Made by a program: the position numbers and the translations under genes
Notes under the pieces: generated by a model
The model's database searches: none
Told to the model about the DNA's origin: nothing
What the model saw: only the letters and a program-made list of their open reading frames with translations
Part shown: piece by piece, positions 8,666-18,470 of the stretch
How the letters are laid out: the number at the start of each line of letters is the position of its first letter
Position numbering within the stretch: the stretch's first letter is position 1
NCBI GenBank assembly: GCA_040390045.1
Contig: JAZJZC010000002.1
Span: forward strand, 37,113-101,112
From: Patescibacteria group bacterium
Lineage (GTDB): Bacteria; Patescibacteriota; Minisyncoccia; Phycocordibacterales; SIBU01
Direction: 5' to 3'
Length of the DNA stretch: 64,000 nt

Positions 8666-9520
8666 ATGAAATCATACAAACCCACATCAAAATCCCGCCG
8701 TCACATGACAACCATTTCGTATGGTGACATTTTGACTACCTCAGAACCAAGGAAGGCTTTGACCTCAGGTTTCAAGCGACATGTTGGACGAAATAATCGC
8801 GGACGTTTGACTACTCGACACAAAGGAGGTGGCCACAAACGATTGTACCGAGAAATTGATTTTATTTTTGATAAAAAAGAAATTCCAGCAGTTGTTGAAA
8901 CTGTTGAATATGATCCAAACCGCACGGGCTTCATTAGTCTCGTTTGTTACAAAGATGGTGAACGCCGATACGTGTTACTTCCAAAATCTGTAAAAGTTGG
9001 CGACACCTTTCTCGTTTCAGAGAACGCACCGCTTAAACCTGGTAATCGATTGCCTTTGAAGAAAATTCCCGTTGGTACTTTTGTCTACAACCTAGAGCTT
9101 AAGCCAGCTGGTGGAGCTAAGGTTGGCCGTTCTGCAGGAAATTACGCCGAGGTAATTGCACAAGATGCGGGTTACACTCACATCAAAATGCCTTCAACCG
9201 AAGTTCGAAAAATTGTTGAAACCGCTTGGGCTTCTGTTGGTGAAGTTTCAAATGATGAAAACCGCTTGGTAAATATTGGCAAGGCAGGACGTTCACGATG
9301 GCTCGGCATTCGACCAACCGTTCGAGGTTCAGCTCAAAACCCAGTTGACCACCCATACGGAGGAGGTGAAGGTAGACAGGGCCGAGGATTGCGATTTGCG
9401 AAGACTCGTTGGGGTAAGCACGTCGGCAAGGGTCAGAAATCACGAACTCCAAAGAAATATTCAAACGTCTTTATTGTCTCTCGAAGAAAAGTAGGAAAAG
9501 GAAAGAAGAGTAGTTTGTAG
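8666..9520 (+). CDS. rplB: 50S ribosomal protein L2
   Basis: 284 aa. GGGHKRLYR, VRGSAQNPVDHPYGGGEG. Confidence 0.95.
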   Translation: MKSYKPTSKSRRHMTTISYGDILTTSEPRKALTSGFKRHVGRNNRGRLTTRHKGGGHKRLYREIDFIFDKKEIPAVVETVEYDPNRTGFISLVCYKDGERRYVLLPKSVKVGDTFLVSENAPLKPGNRLPLKKIPVGTFVYNLELKPAGGAKVGRSAGNYAEVIAQDAGYTHIKMPSTEVRKIVETAWASVGEVSNDENRLVNIGKAGRSRWLGIRPTVRGSAQNPVDHPYGGGEGRQGRGLRFAKTRWGKHVGKGQKSRTPKKYSNVFIVSRRKVGKGKKSSL

Positions 9521-9550
9521 AAAATAGTTGGTAGTTTTTAGAAAAGATAA

Positions 9551-9583
9551 AATCCCCCGAATCGCGAAGCGATTCGGGGGATT
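9551..9583. terminator. terminator hairpin after rplB
   Basis: aatcccccgaatcgcgaagcgattcgggggatt. Confidence 0.65.
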
Positions 9584-9591
9584 GCGTTTTG

Positions 9592-9774
9592 CTAACTGAA
9601 GGGGTGCTTTAAGTGTTCAAACACTTTATAAGTTTTCCACCACATCGGTAATTTTTGCAGTAGAAAAATGAGGCAACCCACCAATGCGATCACAGCTACT
9701 ATTGCAAAACTGTCTAAGAATTCCTCAGTACGTTTTTTCATAGAGGCATGAGCTTTATAACTACCTACAACCAT
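9592..9774 (-). CDS. small hypothetical membrane protein (antisense insert between rplB and rpsS)
   Basis: 60-aa ORF with one TM helix (AIVAVIALVGCLIFLL). Flanked by hairpins. Confidence 0.3.
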   Translation of the reverse strand: MVVGSYKAHASMKKRTEEFLDSFAIVAVIALVGCLIFLLQKLPMWWKTYKVFEHLKHPFS

Positions 9775-9856
9775 AGCACAAGCACTTCAAGATCAAAAGG
9801 ATTTGGTTTTAAGAAAAATCCCGATTCGCATACGTGTAACCGTTGGCGAATCGAGA

Positions 9857-10087
9857 TCAGGTTTTTGAAAAATATCGGCAGGCAAAAGCGATAGGGAAGA
9901 ATAAGATTACGAGGCCGAGGCCAAAAATTTCCTCAAAGGGAGTTTGGAAGAACTGAAAATAGGCTTGGCACTTCCACCGGAAAAGAAACAAGCCCGCTAG
10001 AAGACAGAAGCTTAAAAGCCCCATTCCGAGAGAAATTGTGCTCAAGCCTCGGAGGACGAAAGGTTTATTCATCGTAGAATCTTTCAC
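9857..10087 (-). CDS. small hypothetical membrane protein
   Basis: 76-aa ORF with two hydrophobic segments. Followed by the hairpin cgattcgc..gcgaatcg at 9815-9860. Confidence 0.35.
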   Translation of the reverse strand: MKDSTMNKPFVLRGLSTISLGMGLLSFCLLAGLFLFRWKCQAYFQFFQTPFEEIFGLGLVILFFPIAFACRYFSKT

Positions 10088-10211
10088 TATTCTTGACCCA
10101 CCTTAGTGTTTAGGGCCCTAAGAGTCAAGCCTCGGTTGACTTTATTGTTCCTTCTGTTAGGATAGTAGCCACGCTCTTAACGGGGCTTGTTTAATTTTAA
10201 GCCAGCATTTA

Positions 10212-10553
10212 ATGACCCGATCAGTTGCAAAAGGACCATACGTTGACCCGCGTCTTCTCAAAAAGATTGCCGGAAAAAGACCAGAACAATCTGCGCCTAT
10301 TAAAACGTGGTCACGAGACAGTCAGATCGCTCCTGAAATGGTAGGTTTTAAATTTTTAGTGCACAACGGTAAGGATCACCCAGAAGTTTTTGTAACAGAA
10401 GACATGGTAGGACATCGACTAGGTGAATTTTCATTAACTCGCAAGTTTATTAAGCACGGAGGTAAGATGCAGAAAGATATTGAAACCAAAGCCAAAGAAG
10501 GTGAGGTTGCTGCCGCTCAAGCCGCTAAAGCTGCCGTTGCTGATAAGAAATAA
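10212..10553 (+). CDS. rpsS: 30S ribosomal protein S19 with an Ala/Lys-rich C-terminal tail
   Basis: [43 protein letters not shown]. Confidence 0.9.
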   Translation: MTRSVAKGPYVDPRLLKKIAGKRPEQSAPIKTWSRDSQIAPEMVGFKFLVHNGKDHPEVFVTEDMVGHRLGEFSLTRKFIKHGGKMQKDIETKAKEGEVAAAQAAKAAVADKK

Positions 10554-10558
10554 TTTTT

Positions 10559-10960
10559 ATGATTACCGCGCAACTCAACACATACAGACAATCCCCTCGA
10601 AAAGTTCGATTGGTTTCTGATTTGGTAAAAGGCAAAGGTGTTGTTGAAGCACTTCTACTCTTGTCTGTCACGACAAAAGAGGCGGCTGGCCCACTCCACA
10701 AGTTGATTACCAGCGCGGTGAAGAACGCTAAGAACTCTTTTAATATCGAAGAAAAAAATTTGTTTGTAAAAGAATTTCGTGTTGATGCCGGAGCGGTTTT
10801 GAAACGAAGTATGCCAAGAGCTCGCGGAAGCGCGTTTCCAATTTTGAAACGAACGAGCCATATTAAGCTTGTTCTTGGGGAACGAGAAGGAGGCGAAAAA
10901 TTGAAAACGAAAAGTGTAAAACACACAGAGGATTCAAAGAAAGAGAAGCACAATCATTAA
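10559..10960 (+). CDS. rplV: 50S ribosomal protein L22
   Basis: SPRKVRLVSDLVKGKGVVEALLLL...AVKNA. Confidence 0.9.
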   Translation: MITAQLNTYRQSPRKVRLVSDLVKGKGVVEALLLLSVTTKEAAGPLHKLITSAVKNAKNSFNIEEKNLFVKEFRVDAGAVLKRSMPRARGSAFPILKRTSHIKLVLGEREGGEKLKTKSVKHTEDSKKEKHNH

Positions 10961-10995
10961 TTTTAAATTTTTCATTTTTACTTTTACATTATTTT

Positions 10996-11661
10996 ATGTC
11001 CCACACCGTTCACCCATACTCACATAGACTTGGAATCATCCGCGACTGGAAAAGCCGCTGGTTTTCTCTTGATAGTAAGTACAAAGAATTTCTCCGTTGC
11101 GACATTACGGTTCGAGAATTTTTGGAAAAACGATTGCGTGGTATGTATGTCAGTGGCGTAGATCTTGAACGAAGTCAAAAAACTTTTCGAGTTGTTATTA
11201 AAACCTCACGCCCAGGTATGATCATCGGCAAGAGTGGGGAAGGCTCGGTCAAACTGAGAAATGAAATTCTTAAAGTGTTGCATCGCGCCAAAGTTTTGAC
11301 GACCCAAGAATTGAAGCTTGATATTGAAGAAGTTCGCTCTCCAGAATCCAATTCCGCTATTGTCGCTCAGATGGTTGCCGAAGGCTTGGAAAAGCGTATG
11401 CCATTCCGCCGCGTGATGAAGCAAACCATTGAAAAAGTGATGGCCAACCGCGACGTCAAAGGAGTCAAAATTTATCTCGGAGGCCGTTTGGGAGGAGCTG
11501 ATATGGCGCGTTCAGAAGAATTGAAAAAAGGTCAGATTCCACTCCAGACTTTCCGCGCCGACATTGATTTCGCTCGTGAGAAAGCCCACATGACATACGG
11601 AGACATCGGAATTAAAGTTTGGATTTACAAAGGGGAAGTTTTTGATAAGGAGAAGAAATAG
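10996..11661 (+). CDS. rpsC: 30S ribosomal protein S3
   Basis: KH and S3-C domains (IGKSGEG..., YLGGRLGGADMARSE). Confidence 0.92.
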   Translation: MSHTVHPYSHRLGIIRDWKSRWFSLDSKYKEFLRCDITVREFLEKRLRGMYVSGVDLERSQKTFRVVIKTSRPGMIIGKSGEGSVKLRNEILKVLHRAKVLTTQELKLDIEEVRSPESNSAIVAQMVAEGLEKRMPFRRVMKQTIEKVMANRDVKGVKIYLGGRLGGADMARSEELKKGQIPLQTFRADIDFAREKAHMTYGDIGIKVWIYKGEVFDKEKK

Positions 11662-11663
11662 TA

Positions 11664-11740
11664 AGAAGGGTATAGGGGTTAGGGTATAATCTGAAAATTT
11701 CAGAAAACTCAACCCTAAACCCTCCACCCTAAACCCTACA
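11664..11740 (+). repeat. third copy of the CCCTAAA-arm hairpin element
   Basis: gtaagaagggtataggggttagggt...aaatttcagaaaactc...aaccctaaaccctccaccctaaaccct. Confidence 0.6.
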
Positions 11741-11743
11741 TTT

Positions 11744-12166
11744 ATGTTGTTACCAAAAAAAGTTAAATACAGAAAGTGGCATACCAGCCGACGCAACGAT
11801 AAGCGTCCGTGGGTTGAAACTCGTGGCACCGAACTCTCTTTCGGTTCTTTCGGTTTGAAAGCCATGTCTTCATTCCGTGTTGAATCAAAACAACTTGAGG
11901 CCGCTCGAAAAGTTTTGGCTCGTTCTGCGGGCAAAGCCGGCAAGATTTGGATCCGCATTTTCCCTGACCGACCGTTTACACAAAAGGCTGCTGAAGTAGG
12001 AATGGGTAAGGGGAAAGGAGATCCCCAAGGTTACTGTGTACAAGTTAAACCAGGAAGAATGATTTTTGAACTTGATGGAGTAGAAAGTGTTGGCGCAAAA
12101 GAGGCGCTCCGCAAGGCTGGTACCAAATTGCCACTCAAAACCAAAATTATCAGTCGAGAAGCATAA
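11744..12166 (+). CDS. rplP: 50S ribosomal protein L16
   Basis: MLLPKKVKYRKWHTSRRNDKRPWVETRGTELSFGSFGLKA. Confidence 0.92.
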   Translation: MLLPKKVKYRKWHTSRRNDKRPWVETRGTELSFGSFGLKAMSSFRVESKQLEAARKVLARSAGKAGKIWIRIFPDRPFTQKAAEVGMGKGKGDPQGYCVQVKPGRMIFELDGVESVGAKEALRKAGTKLPLKTKIISREA

Positions 12167-12170
12167 TCCC

Positions 12171-12356
12171 ATGAAAGAATTTAAAGGAAAACCGGCTGAT
12201 GAGTTGGAAAAAATTTTGGCAGAGAAACGTGAGGCGCTTCGAGTTTTTCGTTTTGAGGCTGCAAGTGGCAAAAATAAGAATGTGAAAGCGGGAAGAGAAT
12301 TGCGAACCAGTATTGCCCAGATTTTAACCGAGATGCGTTCTCAGAAAGTTAATTAA
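12171..12356 (+). CDS. rpmC: 50S ribosomal protein L29
   Basis: MKEFKGKPADELEKILAEKREALRVFRFEAASGKNKNVKAGRELRTSIAQILT. Internal ATG of ORF 12087-12356. Confidence 0.85.
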   Translation: MKEFKGKPADELEKILAEKREALRVFRFEAASGKNKNVKAGRELRTSIAQILTEMRSQKVN

Positions 12357-12419
12357 TCAAGCCCGATAGACAACAGTATCTTTTTAGGTTAGTATCACTT
12401 TTCAATAACAAGCATTACG

Positions 12420-12674
12420 ATGAAACAAGCCAACGAACAACAGAAAAAAACAGGTGGAAAAATGCTCCGAGGCAAGGTGGTTTCAGTGAAAATGAAAGAC
12501 ACCATTGTTGTTGCCGTTGATAGTTTTGTAAAACACCCAAAATACGAGAAATACATTCAGATCACCAAGAGATACAAGGCTCATGATGTCGGTAATACCA
12601 AAGCGCTCGGGGAGGTTATCGACATTGTCGAATGTAGGCCCTTGTCGAAAGATAAACATTTTAAAGTAGCATAA
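12420..12674 (+). CDS. rpsQ: 30S ribosomal protein S17
   Basis: LRGKVVSVKMKDTIVVAVDSFVKHPKYEKYIQITKRYKAHD. Confidence 0.88.
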   Translation: MKQANEQQKKTGGKMLRGKVVSVKMKDTIVVAVDSFVKHPKYEKYIQITKRYKAHDVGNTKALGEVIDIVECRPLSKDKHFKVA

Positions 12675-12678
12675 AACC

Positions 12679-13050
12679 ATGATTCAGCCACGATCAATTG
12701 TCACCATCGCTGATAACTCCGGAGCAAAAGTCGGAAGAATTTTTAAAGTGCTTGGAGGTTCAATGAAACACTACGCAGAACTCGGCGAGATCGTCGTGCT
12801 TTCAGTGCAAAAAGCTGAACCTCGAAAATCTGTCAAGAAGAAAGATGTGCTTCACGCGGTGGTAGTCAGACAGAGAAAAGCCTACCGACGTAAAGACGGT
12901 TCATACATCCGTTTTGACGAAAACGCCGTGGTGATTTTGGAAAAAGGAAAGAAAGAGCCGATTGCTGGTCGCGTGTTCGGTCCAATCCCACGTGAAATTG
13001 CCGATGCTGGTTTCCAGACTATCGCTTCACGGGCGCCGGAAATAGTCTAA
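12679..13050 (+). CDS. rplN: 50S ribosomal protein L14
   Basis: MIQPRSIVTIADNSGAKVGRIFKVLGG. Confidence 0.95.
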   Translation: MIQPRSIVTIADNSGAKVGRIFKVLGGSMKHYAELGEIVVLSVQKAEPRKSVKKKDVLHAVVVRQRKAYRRKDGSYIRFDENAVVILEKGKKEPIAGRVFGPIPREIADAGFQTIASRAPEIV

Positions 13051-13094
13051 GAAGCTGTAAGCTGACAGCTAATAGCTTTAAGCTTTTAAATTCA

Positions 13095-13400
13095 ATGAAA
13101 ATTAAACAAAAAGACAACGTAATCATAATTGCTGGCAAAGATAAGGGTAAAACCGGCAAGATTACCCGTGTGTTTCCAAAGAAAGACATGGTTTTGATTG
13201 CAGGATTTAATCTCAAGAAAAAACACCAGCGCGCTCGAAAATCTGGTGAGAAAGGACAGATTATTGACCGACCAATGCCGATTCATGTTTCCAACGTCAT
13301 GATTGTTGATCCAGATACCGCAAGGCCTGTTAAGACTGGCCGCAAGCTTGTCGGTGAACGATTTGTCAGAATTAACAGAAAGAGTGGGAAGGAGATTTAG
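13095..13400 (+). CDS. rplX: 50S ribosomal protein L24
   Basis: MKIKQKDNVIIIAGKDKGKTGKITRVFPKKDMVLIAGFNL. Confidence 0.9.
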   Translation: MKIKQKDNVIIIAGKDKGKTGKITRVFPKKDMVLIAGFNLKKKHQRARKSGEKGQIIDRPMPIHVSNVMIVDPDTARPVKTGRKLVGERFVRINRKSGKEI

Positions 13401-13443
13401 GAAGCTTTAAGCTTGTAGCTTACAGCTGTAAGCTTTAAATAAA

Positions 13444-13992
13444 ATGAAAACAACACGAGAAAAAGAAAAAGAAATATTCGGATCTCTCAAACAAGAGTTT
13501 GGTTATACAAACATCATGCAAGTTCCTCGACTCGTGAAAATCATGCTCTCCTCAGGCATCGGTTCTTTTAAAGATAAGAAAAAAATTGAAATTGTGAAGG
13601 ATCGTTTGGCAAAAATTTCCGGCCAGAAACTTTCAGTCAAGGGTGCCAAAAAATCTATAGCATCTTTTAAAGTTCGCCAAAATGATCCTGTCGGAACTCA
13701 GACCACCCTTCGCGGCGCTCGCATGTACGATTTCTTGGACAAGCTTCTCAACATCGCTCTTCCTCGAACCAAAGACTTTCGTGGGCTCACCAAATCTTCA
13801 ATCGATGAAATGGGAAACATCAGTATTGGTCTGAAAGAACACACTATTTTTCCTGAAACTACTGACGAAGAATTGAAAGATGTGTTCGGTATTGGCGTCA
13901 CTGTCGTTACCACTGCTAAAAATAAGAAGGAGGCAGCGGTATTCTTTGAGAAGCTAGGCTTTCCATTTAAGAAAGACGAAAAGGCAAAATAA
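13444..13992 (+). CDS. rplE: 50S ribosomal protein L5
   Basis: MQVPRLVKIMLSSGIG...GNISIGLKEHTIFPE. Confidence 0.92.
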   Translation: MKTTREKEKEIFGSLKQEFGYTNIMQVPRLVKIMLSSGIGSFKDKKKIEIVKDRLAKISGQKLSVKGAKKSIASFKVRQNDPVGTQTTLRGARMYDFLDKLLNIALPRTKDFRGLTKSSIDEMGNISIGLKEHTIFPETTDEELKDVFGIGVTVVTTAKNKKEAAVFFEKLGFPFKKDEKAK

Positions 13993-14327
13993 TTAAAAAC
14001 CGTCCAGTACTCTGGGCGGTTTTGCTATCTTGAAAAGATTCCCTTAAGGACTATTTTGTAACAGCGAGCGCAGAGATGGAGCTTTCGACATTTTCCACGT
14101 CTATCCGGCGGACTCCAAAGAATGGCGCCGAGTTCCATGAGCTCGTTCTGACACTTGTCACATTTTGGTTGAATTGCCATACTAAATTCAGTGTTGCGCC
14201 CCGTACCAATATTTCCATTAGTTACAATACTTTACTATAAGGGTAGGGGTCAAATCCGGTTGACTTTATAGGGCTCTCTTGTTAACATGGTTCGGAAGCT
14301 CGTACGGAGCTTTTTACTTTCATAACG

Positions 14328-14513
14328 ATGGCAAAAACATCAGTAATCGCAAGGTCACAAAAGAAACCTAAATTCAGTACTCGTATTGTCCGACGCTGCT
14401 TTCGCTGTGGAAGAAAGCACGGGTACATGAGAGATTTTGGTTTGTGCCGCATTTGTTTTAGAGAATATGCCAATGAAGGTATGATTCCGGGCATTAAGAA
14501 GTCATCGTGGTAA
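14328..14513 (+). CDS. rpsN: 30S ribosomal protein S14, type Z (zinc-binding)
   Basis: 61 aa with [20 protein letters not shown] (CxxC..CxxC). Confidence 0.9.
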   Translation: MAKTSVIARSQKKPKFSTRIVRRCFRCGRKHGYMRDFGLCRICFREYANEGMIPGIKKSSW

Positions 14514-14534
14514 TTTGATCTAGCTTCACCGTTT

Positions 14535-14930
14535 ATGGTATCAACCGATTCAATAGGAGACATGATTGTTAGAATTAGAAACGCTTCGGCTACAAACAAA
14601 AGCCAAGTGGTTTTCCCGTTGTCTAAAAATATTTTGGCTGTTGCTCAGGCTCTTGAACGTGTTGGGTATTTGGATCTCATTTCAAAAAAGGGTAAAAAGA
14701 CTCACCGACAGATTGAAGCCAACTTAGTCTACGTCGGCGGCAAACCTAAATTTAAAGGCGCTCGCCGAATTTCTAATGTTTCAAAGCGCGTCTACAAAAA
14801 AATTAAAAATGTTTCTCCAATTAAAAGTGGTTACGGCAGTCTTATCATGTCGACCCCTAAAGGTATTTTGACAGACAAGGAGGCGAGAAAAGAAAATGTC
14901 GGAGGAGAAGCGTTGTTTCAAATATGGTAG
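14535..14930 (+). CDS. rpsH: 30S ribosomal protein S8
   Basis: DSIGDMIVRIRNASATNKSQVVFPLSKNILAVAQALERVGYL. Confidence 0.92.
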   Translation: MVSTDSIGDMIVRIRNASATNKSQVVFPLSKNILAVAQALERVGYLDLISKKGKKTHRQIEANLVYVGGKPKFKGARRISNVSKRVYKKIKNVSPIKSGYGSLIMSTPKGILTDKEARKENVGGEALFQIW

Positions 14931-14957
14931 TCGTAAACGGATAAATATTTTAAATTT

Positions 14958-15491
14958 ATGTCAAGAATCGGAAAAAAACCAATAACCATTACTGCAGGAA
15001 CAACCGCTACTATTTCCGGTAATTCTTTGACCGTGAAAGGACCACTCGGTACACTCACGAGAGATTTCAAACCAACTATCGCTGTTGAGGTTGTTGATGG
15101 CACATTGCAATTTACACCAAAAAAGAAAGATGGTGGAACACTCGCACTTTGGGGAACCTATGCCTCTCACGCGGCCAACATGATCAAGGGCGTCAATACT
15201 CTTTTCCAAAAGAAACTTATCATTGAAGGAATTGGTTTTAAAGCAGAAGTGAAGGGCGAAGAGCTTGTCCTTAACCTTGGTTTTTCACATCAAGTTAAAG
15301 TAAAAATTCCAAAAACTCTTACGGTAAAATCAGAAAAAGGAGTCGTTTCAATTTCAGGAATTAATACTGAAGAGGTTGGTCAGTTTGCCGCCGCTATCCG
15401 AGACTTGAAGAAACCTGAACCGTATAAAGGAAAGGGAATTCGATACGACAATGAAGTTATCCGCAGGAAGCAAGGTAAGAAGACAGCATAA
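14958..15491 (+). CDS. rplF: 50S ribosomal protein L6
   Basis: MSRIGKKPITI...GPLGTLT...GFSHQVKVKIP. Confidence 0.92.
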   Translation: MSRIGKKPITITAGTTATISGNSLTVKGPLGTLTRDFKPTIAVEVVDGTLQFTPKKKDGGTLALWGTYASHAANMIKGVNTLFQKKLIIEGIGFKAEVKGEELVLNLGFSHQVKVKIPKTLTVKSEKGVVSISGINTEEVGQFAAAIRDLKKPEPYKGKGIRYDNEVIRRKQGKKTA

Positions 15492-15588
15492 AGAAGTTTA
15501 TAAAGTTTCAAGTTTATAAAGTTCATCAAGCAAAAATGCAAATTACTTTATAACTTTAAGAACTTTATAACTTGATGAACTAAAGCAA

Positions 15589-15951
15589 ATGGACAAAAAT
15601 AAAATTAAAATTGAAAAGAGAACTCGCCGACACAAAAAGATTCGTTCTAGAGTTTCTGGAACGGCGGCTGTTCCTCGACTCTCAGTGTTCCGATCAAATT
15701 CATACGTCTACGCTCAGCTTATCGATGACGAAAATCAGAAAACTTTGGCTTCAGTTTCATCAATGGTTGCTGAAAAAGGCAAATCTACTTTAAATAAAAC
15801 AGCGGCGTCACTCGAAGCGGGAAAAACTTTGGCGAAAGAGGCTTTGGCTAAAAAAATTAAGAAAGTTGTTTTTGACCGAGGTGGTTTCATTTACACCGGA
15901 AGAATAAAGGCCTTGGCTGACGGCGCAAGGGAAGGAGGTTTAGATTTTTAA
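15589..15951 (+). CDS. rplR: 50S ribosomal protein L18
   Basis: PRLSVFRSNSYVYAQLIDDENQKTLASVSS...VVFDRGGFIYTGRIKALADGAREGGL. Confidence 0.9.
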   Translation: MDKNKIKIEKRTRRHKKIRSRVSGTAAVPRLSVFRSNSYVYAQLIDDENQKTLASVSSMVAEKGKSTLNKTAASLEAGKTLAKEALAKKIKKVVFDRGGFIYTGRIKALADGAREGGLDF

Positions 15952-15957
15952 TTTTTT

Positions 15958-16656
15958 ATGGAAAATAACACACCACAACCAATAACAACTCCAGTAGCAA
16001 CTCCAGTAGCCGCCATGGCCGCTCCAGTTTCAGCTATTCCTCGCGATAACAAAGGAGGTCAGACCCAGAATCGCGGACGATTTTCAGGTGGCGCTCGACC
16101 GGATCGCAAAAAAGGCCCTCGAGAAGAGCGCGTTCGTTCAGAATTTGATTCTAAAATGCTTGCTATCAGACGCGTTACTCGTGTGGCTTCTGGAGGCCGA
16201 CGTTTTAGTTTCAGTGTCGCTTTGGTGCTTGGAAATAAAAAGGGTTCAGTTGGCGTGGGTACTGGCAAAGCAGGAGATACTTCTCTTGCTATCGACAAAG
16301 CCACTAAGAACGCTAAGAAACATTTGTTAAAATTGTCCCTTTCAAAAACTAACTCAATTCCCTACGAAGTTCGCACCAAATACTCAAGCGCTCGAGTGCT
16401 CATCATGCCAGCTCCTCGTCGAGGATTGATTGCGGGAAGCGCCCTCCGAGATGTTTTGGAGTTGGCTGGCGTTCGAGATGTTGCTGGTAAAATTTTCTCT
16501 GGTAGTAAAAATAAATTGAACATTGCTCGTGCCACTATCAAAGCGTTGGGAGAATTTGCGACTCCAATCAAGAAGACTGCTGATGTGGTTGTGGTCACTA
16601 AAGATATTGTTCCTGAAACTTTGGCCGCTGAAGAAACACTGGCTAAAATAATTTAA
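15958..16656 (+). CDS. rpsE: 30S ribosomal protein S5 with an N-terminal extension
   Basis: GGRRFSFSVALVLGNKKGSVGVGTGKA...LIAGSALRDVLELAGVRDV. Confidence 0.92.
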   Translation: MENNTPQPITTPVATPVAAMAAPVSAIPRDNKGGQTQNRGRFSGGARPDRKKGPREERVRSEFDSKMLAIRRVTRVASGGRRFSFSVALVLGNKKGSVGVGTGKAGDTSLAIDKATKNAKKHLLKLSLSKTNSIPYEVRTKYSSARVLIMPAPRRGLIAGSALRDVLELAGVRDVAGKIFSGSKNKLNIARATIKALGEFATPIKKTADVVVVTKDIVPETLAAEETLAKII

Positions 16657-16661
16657 AATTT

Positions 16662-17102
16662 ATGCAGAGCAACACATTACAAAGAGTTCACCCTAACAAA
16701 CGCAGCATTCAAGTTGGTCGCGGTTCTAAACGCGGAAAGACTTCTGGACGTGGAGGTAAGGGACAGACAGCGCGCGCCGGACACAAAGTTCGACCAGAAC
16801 TTCGAGACATGATTAAGCGCGTTCCGAAACTTCGCGGACGAGGAAAAAATATTTTCCAATCTTTCCAATCGCGAGCGCTTCCTGTGAACTTGGATCTTTT
16901 AGAGAAACATTTTGGAGCAGGGGAGACTATTAATCCTGAAACGCTGGCCACCAAAGGTCTCATTGAAATGAGAAAAGGAGATACTGTAAAAGTAAAAATT
17001 CTTGGAACAGGGGAGATCACAAAAAAATTTACAATCTCAGGGTGCGCCGTCTCAGCTTCTGCTCGAACGAAAGTGGAGAAGGCGGGAGGGACGATAGCGT
17101 AA
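16662..17102 (+). CDS. rplO: 50S ribosomal protein L15 (starts 5 nt after rpsE, leaving no room for rpmD)
   Basis: GRGSKRGKTSGRGGKGQTARAGHKVRPEL. Confidence 0.9.
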   Translation: MQSNTLQRVHPNKRSIQVGRGSKRGKTSGRGGKGQTARAGHKVRPELRDMIKRVPKLRGRGKNIFQSFQSRALPVNLDLLEKHFGAGETINPETLATKGLIEMRKGDTVKVKILGTGEITKKFTISGCAVSASARTKVEKAGGTIA

Positions 17103-17178
17103 ATACGAAATACAAATTAGTACAAAAGTACAAATTGTAAACATTCGTATATTCGTAAAGATTTGTATTTAGTATTTT

Positions 17179-18450
17179 ATGAACAATTTTTTCAACAAAA
17201 TCAAATTAGTTTTTCAAGATCGTCTTTTGCGAAAGAAGGTTTTGTTTATTTTAGTTTTATTGATAGTTTTCAGACTCTTGGCCGCTATTCCAATTCCGGG
17301 TATTGATTCGCTCAAGCTTCATGCGCTTTTGGCTGGTAACCAGTTTCTAGGTTTGCTCGATGTCTTTTCTGGTGGAGGACTTGGCAATCTTTCAATCGTC
17401 ATGCTCGGCGTTGGTCCATACATCACCGGTTCAATCATCATGCAACTTATGACCATGATGTCTCCACGACTTAAGGCGCTCTATCAAGAGGAAGGGGAAG
17501 CGGGTAAATTAAAATTTGCACAGTACACCAGAATGATTGCCGTGCCACTCGCTATCCTGCAAGCTTTCAGCTTTCTTATTTTGCTTGAGAGACAAGGTGT
17601 TTTGGGTGACCTAACCCTTTTCGCTCGCTTGGTGAATGTGATTGTAGTTACCGGGGGTGCTATGCTTCTTATGTGGCTTGGAGAGCTGATGACCGAATTT
17701 GGTATTGGTAACGGACTTTCACTCATTATCTTTGCCGGTATCGTGGCTCGTCTCCCAACGGTTATTAGTCAAACTTTGGTCAACTTTGATGTGGCTCAGA
17801 TTCCACTCTACTTAGGATTTGTGGTAGCCGCCGCACTTATTGTGTTGGGTGTGGTGATTGTCACTGAAGCTGAACGACCGATTCCTATTACCTATGCAAA
17901 ACGAGTTCGCGGTAACAAAGTGTACGGCGGTGTTTCAACCTACCTCCCATTGCGCGTTAATCAGGCTGGAGTAATTCCAATCATTTTCGCTCTTTCAATT
18001 CTTCTTTTCCCTCAACTTATTTTTAACTTCCTCTCGAACGTTGCTAATCCAACAGTTAAAAGCATTTCTACCTTTGTGCTCGGATTGATTTCCAATCAGT
18101 TGTTTTACGCCTCTGCTTACTTTATTTTGGTTTTCTTGTTCACCTATTTTTATACGGCTGTTACGTTTGACCCGGATTCAATTTCAACCAACCTTCAGAA
18201 AAGCGGCGCCTTTATTCCCGGCGTTCGTCCAGGTCAGGCTACCTCAGAGTACATTTCAAAAGTCTTGACCCGCATTACGCTTGTTGGTGCGCTCTTCCTC
18301 GGTGTCATTGCAGTCTTGCCGCTCGCCGTTAAGGCGTTTACTGGTATTGCTTCGCTTGCTATCGGAGGTACAGCGCTTCTCATTGTGGTTTCAGTGGTTC
18401 TCGATCTCGTTAAAAAGGTGGAGGCTCAGCTCTCAATGCGGGAGTATTAA
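17179..18450 (+). CDS. secY: preprotein translocase SecY
   Basis: 423 aa with 10 TM segments. SIVMLGVGPYITGSIIMQLMT. Confidence 0.95.
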   Translation: MNNFFNKIKLVFQDRLLRKKVLFILVLLIVFRLLAAIPIPGIDSLKLHALLAGNQFLGLLDVFSGGGLGNLSIVMLGVGPYITGSIIMQLMTMMSPRLKALYQEEGEAGKLKFAQYTRMIAVPLAILQAFSFLILLERQGVLGDLTLFARLVNVIVVTGGAMLLMWLGELMTEFGIGNGLSLIIFAGIVARLPTVISQTLVNFDVAQIPLYLGFVVAAALIVLGVVIVTEAERPIPITYAKRVRGNKVYGGVSTYLPLRVNQAGVIPIIFALSILLFPQLIFNFLSNVANPTVKSISTFVLGLISNQLFYASAYFILVFLFTYFYTAVTFDPDSISTNLQKSGAFIPGVRPGQATSEYISKVLTRITLVGALFLGVIAVLPLAVKAFTGIASLAIGGTALLIVVSVVLDLVKKVEAQLSMREY

Positions 18451-18470
18451 AAGGAAGAATCAGGATTTAA

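Noticed and set aside
16657-16661. A missed rpmD (L30) gene between rpsE and rplO
   Set aside because: Only 5 nt separate the two genes. L30 is genuinely absent here.
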